From Octopus sinensis (Eukaryota): a stretch of DNA of 64,000 bases. Location of the stretch: assembly GCF_006345805.1 (NCBI RefSeq), contig NC_043004.1, positions 70,308,001 through 70,372,000 on the forward strand, read 5' to 3'. A model generated the notes under the pieces. That model saw nothing but the letters and a program-made list of their open reading frames with translations. It was not told the DNA's origin and searched no databases. Shown one piece after another: positions 51,775 to 64,000 of the stretch; the stretch's first letter is position 1; every line of letters begins with the position of its first letter. Position numbers and translations under genes: made by a program.

Positions 51775-52163
51775 GTGTAGGAGTGGTTGTGTGGTAAGTA
51801 GCTTGCTTACGAACCACATGGTTCTGGATTCAGTCCAACTGCGTGGCACCTTGACCAAGTGTCTTCTAATATAGCCTTGGGCCGACCAAAGCCTTGTGAG
51901 TAGATTTGGTAGACGGAAACTGAAAGAAGCCCGTCGTATATATGTATGTGTGTGTGTATATGTTTGTCTGTGTTTGTCCCCCCACCTCATGGCTTGACAA
52001 CCGATGTTGGTGTGTTTACCTCCCCGTAACGTAGCAGTTCGGCAAAAGAGACTGATAGAATAGGTACTAGGCTTACAAAGAATAACTCCTGGGGTCGATT
52101 TGCTCGACTAAAGGCGGTGCTCAAGCATGGCCACTGTCAAGTGACCGAAACAAGTAAAAGAGT
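51775..52163 (+). mobile_element. SINE family A
   Basis: Full-length match. Confidence 0.85.
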
Positions 52164-52451
52164 ACCAGTTGCGCCAGTGTAATCGACTGCCCCCCCCCCT
52201 CCCCCAAAATTTCGGGCCCTCTGCCTAGAGTAGAAAAAATAATAATGATGGTAATAATTCTTCCGAATTTTGGCAAATGGCCTGAAATTTGAGGGTAGGG
52301 GGCTAATCGATTATATCGACTCTAGTGCTCGACTGGCCCATTTTTTATCGACCACGCAAGGAAGAAAGGTGAAGTGGACGTCGGTGGTATTTGAAAACAG
52401 GTGCCGTACTCTTAATGCATTGGATTCCATCACTGTTTTCTGTTATATCCT

Positions 52452-52864
52452 TTTATTCTTTTACTTGTTTCGGTCATTTGACTGCGGCCAGGCTGGAGTA
52501 CCGCCTTTAGTCGAGCAAAGTGGTCCTAGGACTTATTCTTTGTAAACATAGTACTTATTCTATGGGTTTCTTTTTGCCGAACCGCTAAGTTACGGGGACG
52601 TAAACACACCAGCTTCGGTTGTCAAGCGATGATGGGGGTACAAACACAGACACGGAAACACACACACATATATACATACATACATACAAAAACATATATA
52701 CGACGGGCTTCTTTCAGTTTCCGTCTACCAAATCCATTCACAAGGCTTTGGTCGGCCCGGGGCGATAGTAGAAGACATTTGTCCATGGTGCCACGCAGTG
52801 GGACTGAACCCGGAACCATGTGGTTGGTAAGCAAGGTACTTACCACACAGCCACTCCTGCGCCT
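52452..52864 (-). mobile_element. SINE family A
   Basis: Full-length reverse-complement match. Confidence 0.85.
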
Positions 52865-53699
52865 GTGTATTTACTATTTCACTATTATTTTGGCTTGTAT
52901 TCCGTTCACTAGTTTCTCTCTAGATTAATACCCGAGTCGTACTCCGACTGGATACTGGGATGGAGTGAGGAAGCCACTGCCGAGCTCAACATGTAATCAA
53001 AGATTGCATGAGGCGCCTTTTATTTGCGTGCGTGTGTGCGTAAATGCATTCAGGTATGCACACACACACACATGCACATATAAGACACAGAGGAAGAGAG
53101 AGAGAGAGAGAGGCGGGTGGGGGGGGGGGAGAGTAATATAATACAGAATCGGTAAATCGAGACTGTGACATAATTTTGATTCCAAGCAGCGTGTGCCTCA
53201 CATTATTATAATTTTCCGTCAACTGACGCTGAAGCCTTTACGCAATTGCTAGAAACAGCAGCAAAATCTCCCCTAAAAATCACACAAAGAGTTTCCACGT
53301 AAAAAAAAAAAAAGATGTAAGACATTAAGTAATGTAGTCCTAGATACGTTAAGCCTTAAACGGAAAAATATATCGGTTAATCAGGATTGGGAAACATTTA
53401 ATAAGAGATAAGCCTCCTGCCGGATCAGAACTAGGCTGGGGTTAAACAAAACCGCCGACGAGCTGGCTTGAGGACTACGTGGGCGTTTGACTTGCTAGAA
53501 ATATCAACCAACCGTTCCTCGAATCACATTCTGTCATTTTTAAAATTCCAACGAACACAAAAAGAGGGTGTAGTCTTACATTTACGAAAAGACGGGATGG
53601 TCATAGATGGAACTCCTAACAAACATATAACCATGTCACAACCCTTTCGGGTCCTCTGCTACTTAATGTTACACTCACGCCGACCCTCCTCCTCCTCCG

Positions 53700-53751
<52 letters not shown>

Positions 53752-54084
53752 TTCATCATCTTCATCAGTAATAATATGGAGAAGCATGATTGTCATCACT
53801 CCTTTATTTCTCTTATTCCATATTTGTGTGTGTGTGGGGGAAGGTAGAGAAGTTAGTGTGGGTATCTGCATATGTATACATATACATTATATGTATATGC
53901 AAACACACACATACACACACACACACATATCTACGTGTGTGTATGTGTGTGTGTGTGTGTAATAAAAAAAGGTAAAACGGCGGTTGTAAAATGGATGCCA
54001 TTCACGAGGTCGTAATTAACATAAAACGATAAAACGTTTTACCACCGAGAAGCGAAACCGGAACATCTTGCTTCGCTGTGGCCA

Positions 54085-54102
54085 ATTGTCTCGCGAGACA
54101 AT
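54085..54102. promoter_or_regulatory. 18-bp perfect palindrome containing TCTCGCGAGA
   Basis: attgtctcgcgagacaat in CpG-rich unique DNA. Confidence 0.35.
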
Positions 54103-54607
54103 GTCGGGCGATATGAGGCGAGGAGTGGGGAGAGGTCAATGAATGATGCAGTGACGGGGTGAAGTCAGGGGTGGTGGCGTGGAAAAGATGAATGAAAGCG
54201 GGGTGGGGGGTGTTTCGAGGGGCAGGGGGGAAAATGGAGGTAAAAGATGGGGGGTAGAGGTAAACGTAGAGACATCGATTCAAACAGGATGGTCATATTC
54301 GGATGAGAAGATCTGGCGAAAGGTCTTTTTATGAAAGGCGTATTTAGAATGAAAGAAAGAGAGAGAGAGGCGGATGAGTGCTAGAAAAGAGAGGAGACGA
54401 GAAGGAGAGAGAGAGAGAGTTGCAGGTGTTTAAACACCGAGTCGGAAGAGACACATATCTTTAGGAGTATGTATGTCTGTCGGGTGGCGATGACACCCGA
54501 GCCTTTTGCCAATATCAACAAATACGTATGTGTGTGTGTATGTGTGTCTGTATGCATGTCTGTATGCATGCCTGTATGGATGGAGGGAGGGAGAGATGGA
54601 TGGATGC

Positions 54608-54608
<1 letters not shown>

Positions 54609-54659
<51 letters not shown>

Positions 54660-54668
54660 CCTACCCAC

Positions 54669-54703
<35 letters not shown>

Positions 54704-55025
54704 CATGTGTGTGTATGCATCATGTATGTATATATGTGTATATATTTTTATGTATCTAATTCAGACTCTGCATGAGTACGTGTATGTATGTATGTATGTA
54801 TGTATGTATGTATGTATGTATGTATGTATGTATGTGTGTATGTATGCATGTATGTATGTATGTATGTGTGTATGTATGTATGTATGTATGTATGTATGTA
54901 TGTACGTATGTATGTATGTATGTACGTATGTATGTATGATGTATGTATGTATGTATGTATGTATGTATGTATGTACGTATGTATGTATGTATGTATGTAT
55001 GTATGTATGGATGGATGGATGGATA
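54609..55025. repeat. (TATC)n and (TATG)n microsatellites
   Basis: Directly visible. Confidence 0.95.
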
Positions 55026-58000
55026 TAAATATATGTATGTATGTGTGTATATATATATGTGTGTGTGTGTATATTATGATGTTTGTGTGCCGTATAAGAA
55101 CCGCTGAATAAATTTAGAAAATAACGAAACCGATTCCTGCACGACTATCCACCATGACCGCCTCTACCGAATGCCACAATTTCGATCACCAACGCCACCA
55201 CCAAAACTAGTCTCTCTTCAACCACCATCATCATCACCGCCATACGAACCAATGACAGTCTTCAGTCTTCATGTGATAGCTAAAGTTGTTAGAAATGGTA
55301 GCCAATTCCCTCTCAAATTTCACCCTTTCCTCTTACAAAAAGGAAAATATCAAATGAAAAGGAAAAAGAAAAAAAAAAAACTAACACACTGGATAATGTA
55401 GCCTGGTGTATACAATGGCTACAAAAGACAGGATGGTCGTTGCTGGAATGCCTTTGATAATAAGACCGGGGCCAAACAATATCGTATCAACGAAGGCACG
55501 CATTTGGTCCCTTACATCACACTTTACCGTCTGTAAAAATATAGGGCACATTGGATAATGCTGGCTTGTCTTGGGCGGATTGTCTTTCATCATGGGTTTA
55601 CTTAATTAGGCTTGTCCTAGGGCTAAACACCAACCTCAACACCTCTTCCCCGGCGTCTTAACGTAGTCGCCTGACCTGTTAGAAATCTCAGTCACATCCC
55701 CATCAGTTCACACACATCTTAAAATAAGAAGGACACATTTAGATAACATGATCCAGGGTTCCCAGCACTTGAGGAATGGCTGCGGATGGGATGCCTTTCC
55801 ACACACCTTTGCTCGAATTTGGACTGACCAAGGGCTAAACAACAGCAAACAATAAGGAGTCGTTAACTATCTGCTCCCGTTACTTTGCAGTTCATCTTGA
55901 TGATGATGATGATGATGAGAGGAAAAGGGGAGATGGATATTGGTGGTGGTAGTGTTGTTTTAACCCTCCAATAGAGTAGGATTCCTTTTGGGCATACAGG
56001 AGGAAAGTGAAGGGATGTCATCCATGACGACACTAGTCCCATGTGGAGCATTTCGTTGGTTGAAGATGATGAAGGCAAGGTAATTTGAGAGTAAGTTAGC
56101 TGTTATTTCTACCAAATCAAAAGACCATGCTTGCTAAGACAGAAGCACTCTTGTTGTTGTTGTTGTTCCCCAGGTCAACCCCGATCGAGTAGATCTGTGA
56201 TCAAAGGCAGTCCAGTCATGGCTATCTAGTCATTTCTCTATATGCAGGGAACTCAGAACCTCATTATCGAATGTATCCCTTTTCCTAAGACGGTGTGTGT
56301 GTGTGTGTGATTTGAAGAGAATTTGACTGATATATTAGCAGGTCGAGCGACCTGTGGAGGGGAAATGTGCTTATGTAGCTATGGATAAACTTCTGTAAAC
56401 AAAACGACACGGACGTGGTTGGAACCTCCACACAATACGCCCGAGGGTTATCATATTGCTGTGCAGCGTTGTGACTCTGAAAAAAAAAGGGGGTCGGGGA
56501 GGTGACATGGTGAAAACAATTGCTGTTGTTGTTAAACCACAAGTCAGCCCTGATAGAGGCGAAGACCTATGATCAAATATAATCCAGCTATGCCCACTTC
56601 GTCTTATTTACAGAACTGGTTTATCTATATCAAGTGCTATATCAAGTGCTACGTATCTTTCGTAGCCAAGTCAGTAGGGATAGAGGTAAGTCAGTGTACT
56701 GCAAAGAGTAACCATGCGAACCGCGGTTCTAAAAAATAATAATAAATAAGGGGCAGGAGGTTAAGAAGTTCGCTTTGCAGTCACGTTTGTTTGAGGTTCA
56801 GTCTCACAGCGCGACACCTTGGTCAAGTACCTTCAACAATAGACCCAGACCGACTAATGCCTTGTGAATGAATATGCTGGTCGGAAACAGTGAGGGAGCC
56901 TGTCACGTGTGTGTGAATGTATGCATGTGGGTGCGTATGTATGTACGTATGCATGTATGTCTATTCTCCAATTGCTTGACAACCGGTGTCAGTTTATTTA
57001 CACTTCTCTAACTTAGAAGTTAGGCAAAAAAGATCGACAGAGTACCAGACCTAGAGAGTAAATAATGGGATCGATTTGTTTTACTAAACCCTTAAAAGTG
57101 GTGCCCCAGAATGGTCGCAGTCCAATGACTGAGACACATGGAAAAAAAAAACAATGGCTTTAGGAAATCCAGGCTAATGGTTGAATATATTGAAAACCAT
57201 ATCCTTCATAATTGTGCTATATACAATAAGCAATAGTTTCCTATGGTTTTTCCTAAATATTTCTACTATAAAACGCATTTTGATTTAAAATTTCCATTTG
57301 AAGAGTGTTCCAGTAATTGCGTATTTAATTTCCGTGTACCACGAAGTCACAAGGACTGCGAGCCACTGCAGTAGGTTGTGCAATTGGGAGGGAGATCTAT
57401 CTGTTATTTCTAACAGGTCATGCCTGACGCTAAGGGGATGCACTGGACGGCACTGCGCCCCCTCACTACACAATGGTGCACCCTCAGATTTAGAAAATAT
57501 AGTTTACAAAAATCTTCCTTCGATACATTTCTTGAAGTCTGACTAATATGCCGGTCGTTAAGGGAGTGCACTGGATGGCATTGCTCCCTCACTATTCAAT
57601 GATGCACCCTTTAGAAAATAGTTTACAAAAATTAGTGCCCACCCAGAATATTCTGAAGCACTCCCAGGCACCAAAGTCTGGTGAAGGGCCTGTAGCAAGA
57701 TTCCACTACATACAGTGTCATCTTAATGCATGGGCACATTAAGCAGTTGTCCGAAGGTGGGGACTACACGGGTTCAGGGGTCTGAATGCTAATCAATGAT
57801 TGTTGTGATTGTGTATGTAGGTGACCCCAGTACATTCTTTACTCGGAGTGGTGGTGGAGTGGGGTCTGTAATGTTGAGGGCTCTGACTGCATAGCAGCTC
57901 CTTGGTAGAACCATCTTAAGGCATAGACACACAGAACAGTTGCTCGAGAGCCCCATTCGTCTTAGGCCCAATTCTGATCTATGTATGCCGTGGCTTGCTG

Positions 58001-58873
58001 TCAATAAATAAATATTATAGAGCCCAGTACATTGAATTCCGTGGGGTGGGGGCTATAATGCCTACTAAGACGGCCCTGCTCCTTGGTGCTAGCATGGTTT
58101 GTTTAACCTAGGAGCCGGTCAATAACTAATGAATTGTGGCCCACAAACAGACTCTTGTAGTGTTTTCTGTAGGTGGGCCTTGGACCTTTTCTAAAACTAT
58201 TTTCAAATTCGATGTATTTCTTGACCATTGAGCAGTTAACGGCTTTTAGATAGTCACCTGTATTTACAATTCGTTTGATTTTGCTTTTGATGGATGCGCG
58301 GTGACTGATACGTAAGACATATAATATATACGTGTTGGATTATGAAAATGTAAAAATTAATTTTAAAAAATAGGCCTTTACGAAAATAGTTGCTGATCTC
58401 TGGATTAACTGGCAGGTCAGCACTGGTCGAACTGGGCCTGTAATCAGGTCCAGATTAGCCATTAAGCAAAAGGAACCCGGGCTTAAGACACAAAGAAATG
58501 AAGGCACTGCAGATATTTTTCCAGCTCCAGTATAAAGTTGCAAAGGGAGCATTTACAGCTATAAAAAGAAATGGTACAGGTACAGATGAAGGGGTCGGTT
58601 AGATGGAAAGAATGATTGGTAGTTGGTTCCAGTGAGGAGGAGGGTGTCGGAGAAGAAGGGGTAGGTATGGCAGCGGTAAAGGGGAACCAGGTTGGGTGCA
58701 AAGGGATAAAGAAGGAATTACGTGGAAATTGCTCAGCTGAAACAGGAACCTACAGCGTTGAAAATTTACACTTTTTTTCGTGTTAACTTAGTTATTAGAA
58801 AATAATGTTTATATTGTTTATTGTTAATTTATATTAAATAACTGAAATTAAAAACAGATTTCTATTTAATATA

Positions 58874-59066
58874 TGAGGGGGTGCTGAAAAGTTCCTGGCT
58901 TTGGGTAAAAGAAAATACAGGACGATCAGTTAATTATGATTTTATTCAACATATTCCCCTCTCAGATTCTCAGCCACTTATTGCAGTGGTCCTTCAGTTT
59001 TTCTACGCCTTGTAAAAGAACTCAGAAGGTTGGGCTTCCAAGCAGGAATTTTTCAGCAGCCCCTCG
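58874..59066. mobile_element. mariner-type MITE
   Basis: TA-tgagggggtgctgaaaagttcctgg ... caggaatttttcagcagcccctcg-TA. Confidence 0.85.
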
Positions 59067-59279
59067 TAGTTGTGGGGTGGGTGGGTGTCTGGTTGGTGGT
59101 TGGGGAGATGGACTGGAAGAAAACTAAATGTTTAGTCTCATATTTCACATTCAGCACTTACCACTTATGTCTTAATGTAAAGTCAGACAATGGCAGGGGT
59201 CAAGGAACATCGCCAAGCTGCGCTTAACAATGGTTTGGTTGTGCTCAACCAGGCCCACCCCATTCCGCCTTTTGTTTTA

Positions 59280-59752
59280 TAGGCGTAAGGTTGGCTGTGT
59301 GGTTAAGAAACTCGCTTTGCAACCATTTGGTCTCGGGTTCTGTCCTACTATGCGGCAACTTGAGCAAACGTCTTCTACCATAACGCCTGACTGACTCAAA
59401 CATTGGAAGTGGATTTGGTAAATGGAAATTGCGTAGAAGGCCGTCGGGAATGTGGGTGAGTGAATGTCTGTCTGTGTGTATGTATGTATGTATGTGTGTA
59501 TGTATGTATGCATGTATGTATGTGCATATATGTGTGTGCTTGTGTTAGTCTCTCACCAATCACTTGACAACCAGTGGTAGTTTGTTAGCGTCCCCGTAAC
59601 CTAGTGGTTCGGCAAAAATGATCGACAGAATAAGTACCAGACTTTGAAAAACAAAAATAAATGTTGGGGGTTCGACATATGTTCGACCAAACCCTTCAAG
59701 GCGGTGCTCCAGCATGGCACAGACCAATGATTTAAACAAAGTAAGAGATAAA
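59280..59752 (+). mobile_element. diverged SINE family A copy retaining CpGs
   Basis: Recognisable head and 3' half. Confidence 0.7.
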
Positions 59753-60559
59753 AAAATATCTATGACGACACTGTCCGAAGTGTTATTTATTTTTTTAAAA
59801 GTTGTTAAGGCGTAATTTTAGGATGTTTCGTTGTTATTTCAAGCACACCGAGACATTCATTCAAAATACTGCAATTGTTGACATTGTTTAACCTCCTGTC
59901 AACCTTGGTCAAATGGACCTATGACCAAAGACTTTCCAACCATGACCTCCAGTCTAAAAAGACAACGTAATATAATGGATACTTTGAAATATTTTTTGTT
60001 GGTAATGTTGGAATTTCAAGGACATTTAGCTGTTGTTTCTAACAGATTGAGATACAGCGTAGAGGATACACGCGTTGTTGTTGTTGATATTGTCAACCCT
60101 AAACAGACGAATTATCATCACAGCTGTTCCAGCCATGACCGTCCCATCTGTTGGTGGTTATTATGTATCTATGACTCGACTATACTACTTTATCCAATGT
60201 GTCCTTCTAATTTTAATACAATAAGATATAATTTGAAGAGAATTCTGGTTGCTATTTCTAGAAGGTTGAGCTGCCATGTAGATTCGTCGTCATGGTAATT
60301 AAGCCCCAGGTCGACCTTCACTGAGTAGACTTATAATCATCAGCGTTCCAGTCGAGACCCAAGGTACGAGATTTAGAAGAGATTTTGTTGCTATTTCTAG
60401 CAGGCTGGAAAGTGACCACACATAGAACCCTGCGTTTGCTTGGTCTGTTGGTAGAAGTGACGGCTGTGATTATAATGTTCACAGTCGCAATAACGTTGCA
60501 GTATATGTGTGTATGTGTGTATGTTTTTGTATACATATATATGGGTGGTGAGTATACAC

Positions 60560-60616
<57 letters not shown>

Positions 60617-60619
<3 letters not shown>

Positions 60620-60975
60620 TTATATTCTTTTATTCCTTTACTTGTTTGTCATTAGATTGCGGTCATGCTGGAGCACCGCTTTCAAGCATCTTTTTTTTTT
60701 TAGCCTGGCGCTTATTCTATCGACCTCTTTAGCCGAACCGCTATTTACGGGGGCGTAAACACACCAATACCGGTTGTCAAGCATTGGTCGAACCCCCCCC
60801 CCCACACATACACACGACGGGCTTCTTTCAGTTTTTTGTTTACCACCAAATCCACACACAAAAGGTTTTTTGGTCGGTCTGACGCTGCGGTAGGAGACAC
60901 TTGCCCAAGGTGTCACGCAATGGGACTGAACCGGGAACCATGTGATTTGGAAATAAACTTCTTAACCACACAACC
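60617..60975 (-). mobile_element. diverged SINE family A copy retaining CpGs
   Basis: Recognisable reverse-complement match. Confidence 0.7.
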
Positions 60976-61059
60976 ACGAATCGACAGAAGTTACACAGTA
61001 ACTCAAGAGCTGATAGTTTCGTTCGGTGACCCGATAAAGCGCAGGGCACGAAGACAATG

Positions 61060-61092
<33 letters not shown>

Positions 61093-61834
61093 CTCATGCT
61101 TTCGTATTCTATTTTCCAGTTTACTTCACCAAAACCCCCAGAGTGCGCGGGTTGTGTGTGTGTGTGGTTTGCGTGGGTGTGTGTGTGTGTATGTGTGTGT
61201 ATACGATATGTGTATGAGTACGTGTGTGTGTGTGTGTGTGTGTGTGTGTCTGTATGTGTGTGTGTGTGTGTGTCATTGCCTTCGTATAGCAAGAATTCAA
61301 AAACAAACAAAAACACACAAAAAAAACAATAACAGGATATGAAGGAAGAGAAATAGGAAAGGTAATAGAATTTTCATCGCTATGGTAACAGCAGGGTCCC
61401 TTTTTTTGTATTTTTTTTTTTGTTAATGAGGGGTTAACACGGAAAAATCAACAACATTCAAGGATTGAGTTTGGACAAAAAAAAAAAAAGGGGCAGTTTT
61501 TACACTACACTGCTATTGCTACTGTAACAAACTATGATGATGATGATGTCGATAATGCTAGCTTCTCTTTTAACTGACAATCTATATAATACAGCAACAC
61601 AATTTATATTGACATATATATATATACACATACAGATACATAACAGGTCACACACACACACACAGTATTACACATATATATTATATACGCCTGCTGATAA
61701 TAATAATAATAATACATCATACGGTTTATTATATATACAGGCAATTGTAATGTAAATGAGTACATTGGAAAATAGTGTTATGGTAGATACTAGCTAGTCA
61801 GATAGTGACTGCTACTATGTTGCGTGGGTGTATG

Positions 61835-61893
<59 letters not shown>

Positions 61894-61897
61894 TTAT

Positions 61898-62359
61898 ATT
61901 TGTGTATGTATATATATATACGCGTATATGTATATAAATACCTGTGTATGTATATGCACGTTTACATGCATATACATATATGTATGTGTGTATGTAAGTA
62001 TGTGTGCGTATAAATATATGTAGATATATATGTATATATGTGTATATTTAAGTATATGTACGTGTATATGCACGTCAATGTATGTATGTGTATAAAGATA
62101 TATATTCTGTATATATATTTCATTTTGGGATTTGGTTTGCAATATATCTTTATACACATACATACATTGACATGCATATACACGTACATATACTTAAATA
62201 TACACATATATACATATATATACATATATTTATACGCACACATACTTACATACACATATACATATATATATATATGCATATAAACGTACATATACATACA
62301 CAGGTATTCATATACATATACGCATATATATATATATATATATACATACATACACAAAT
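61898..62359. repeat. long imperfect inverted repeat of degenerate microsatellite DNA
   Basis: ~200-bp arms around a ~36-nt spacer (about 62105-62140). Confidence 0.85.
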
Positions 62360-62732
62360 CCACATACACATAGTTACATACATATGCATGTACATACACA
62401 CACAGATTCACATCCATAAACATACATATGCATTAGATACATACGTGTATACACACACGCGCATGCATACACACGTATAGACATATACATAACACATGTA
62501 CACATTTAAACACGCAAACACACACAGATACATACACAGACACGTGCGAGTGTGTTTTCCTTCCTTGACAAGGTTCAAACGCTGTAGACTTCTCTCAAAT
62601 GTAGCACTCAATACCCAAAGACATTTCATCACAATTCTTTTCTATTTCATAAGTTTTTCTAATTACACTTGGAAAAAACCTACGAGTTAGAAACAATTGG
62701 AGTACGTCTTCAATTACAACAACAACACAACA

Positions 62733-62742
62733 ATAATAATAA

Positions 62743-62785
<43 letters not shown>

Positions 62786-63048
62786 TAATAATAATAATAT
62801 ATATAATAATAATAAAAATAAAAATAATAGAAATAATAATAATAATAATAAAAATTAAAATAATAATAATATAATAATAATAATATTATATAATAATAAT
62901 AATAATAAGAATAATATAATATAATAATAATATAATAAAATAATAATAATAATTATATAATAATAAAAATAAAATTAAATAATAGAAATAATAATATAAT
63001 AAAAAATTAAAATAATAATAATATAATAATAATATAATAACTATATAA

Positions 63049-63102
<54 letters not shown>
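62733..63102. repeat. degenerate (AAT)n array
   Basis: Directly visible. Confidence 0.95.
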
Positions 63103-63103
<1 letters not shown>

Positions 63104-63466
63104 TTGAGAGAGCGCAAACCTCGGCCAAAGCAACACAAACGTCCTCTCAACCATTAGCCAGCGATCAGTTTTAAAATGAGAATATCTGAAATAAATTCGA
63201 CTCTTCTCACAAACGAGAATACTAGAAATGAACCCGACCACTCTCAGAAACAAAAAAAAAAAAAAACAAGAAAAATAATCCAGAATCTTTGTCCGGTACC
63301 GGATCGATCCCAAAATCTAATCAGTTCGTGCCAGTCACGAGGTCGAACATCCCTGAAAGTTTCATCCGAATCCATCCAGCGGTTCTTGAGATATCTTGTG
63401 CATGGGCAAAACAAACGAACAAATACAAGTGAAAACAATACCTCTGCCTAAGCGAAGGCAGAGGTA
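63104..63466 (+). mobile_element. HINE-like element with an 11-bp terminal hairpin
   Basis: 5' aacctcggccaaag and 3' tacctctgcct-aagcga-aggcagaggta. Confidence 0.45.
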
Positions 63467-63478
63467 ACAACAGCAACG

Positions 63479-63523
<45 letters not shown>

Positions 63524-63727
63524 TGCATTGTAGCTTGTAGCTTTGAGATTTGAATTCTTCCTATTTTATTAAGCCCTTTGCTAAGGACTCAGCACGGAAA
63601 AATATTCCTATTAGAACCTACGTAATACTCTTAGCACTGATGTGGGTTCCTCTTCATTCTTACGGGGAATCTTTGCGTGTGAATTTGTATCGGTGTTTAT
63701 ATATGTACATATTATTTTATATGTATT

Positions 63728-63764
<37 letters not shown>

Positions 63765-63925
63765 TGTCTGTATGTGTAGGTGTGTGTGTGTGTGTGTGTG
63801 TGTGGCATGTGTATAATGTAGTGGATGTGCCAATGATGTATGAAAAATGAGAGAGGGAGGCAATTGAAAACGCAATTATTGAACAGAGGGGAAAAAACAA
63901 TGTTGAACGGTGTTAGCAACAGTTT

Positions 63926-63956
<31 letters not shown>

Positions 63957-64000
63957 TAATCTATATATATATATATATATATATATCAGACATACGTGTA

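Overview
Eukaryotic, AT-rich, repeat-dominated DNA. The SINE families, CORE-type SINEs and very high microsatellite load match what I recall of Octopus genomes; this is an inference and no database search was run. Nearly all ORFs in the supplied track are translations of (TA)n, (CA)n, (CAT)n or (AAT)n microsatellites or of SINEs. The only recognisable coding remnants come from transposons: a deleted mariner, a Ty3/gypsy integrase, and CR1-, RTE- and Hero-like LINE 3' ends. No host gene could be named. A chain of candidate minus-strand exons and a CpG-decay transition near 44.5 kb suggest that the left ~44 kb is the methylated intronic body of a gene. The most notable structures are: (1) a perfect 68-bp-arm palindrome at 39018-39165 containing a complete type I hammerhead ribozyme fold, with decayed relatives elsewhere in the window; (2) a TSD-flanked RTE LINE insertion with a twin-priming 5' inversion; (3) an (AAT)n array stacked with co-oriented retroelement ends; (4) a ~200-bp-arm fold-back built from degenerate microsatellite DNA.
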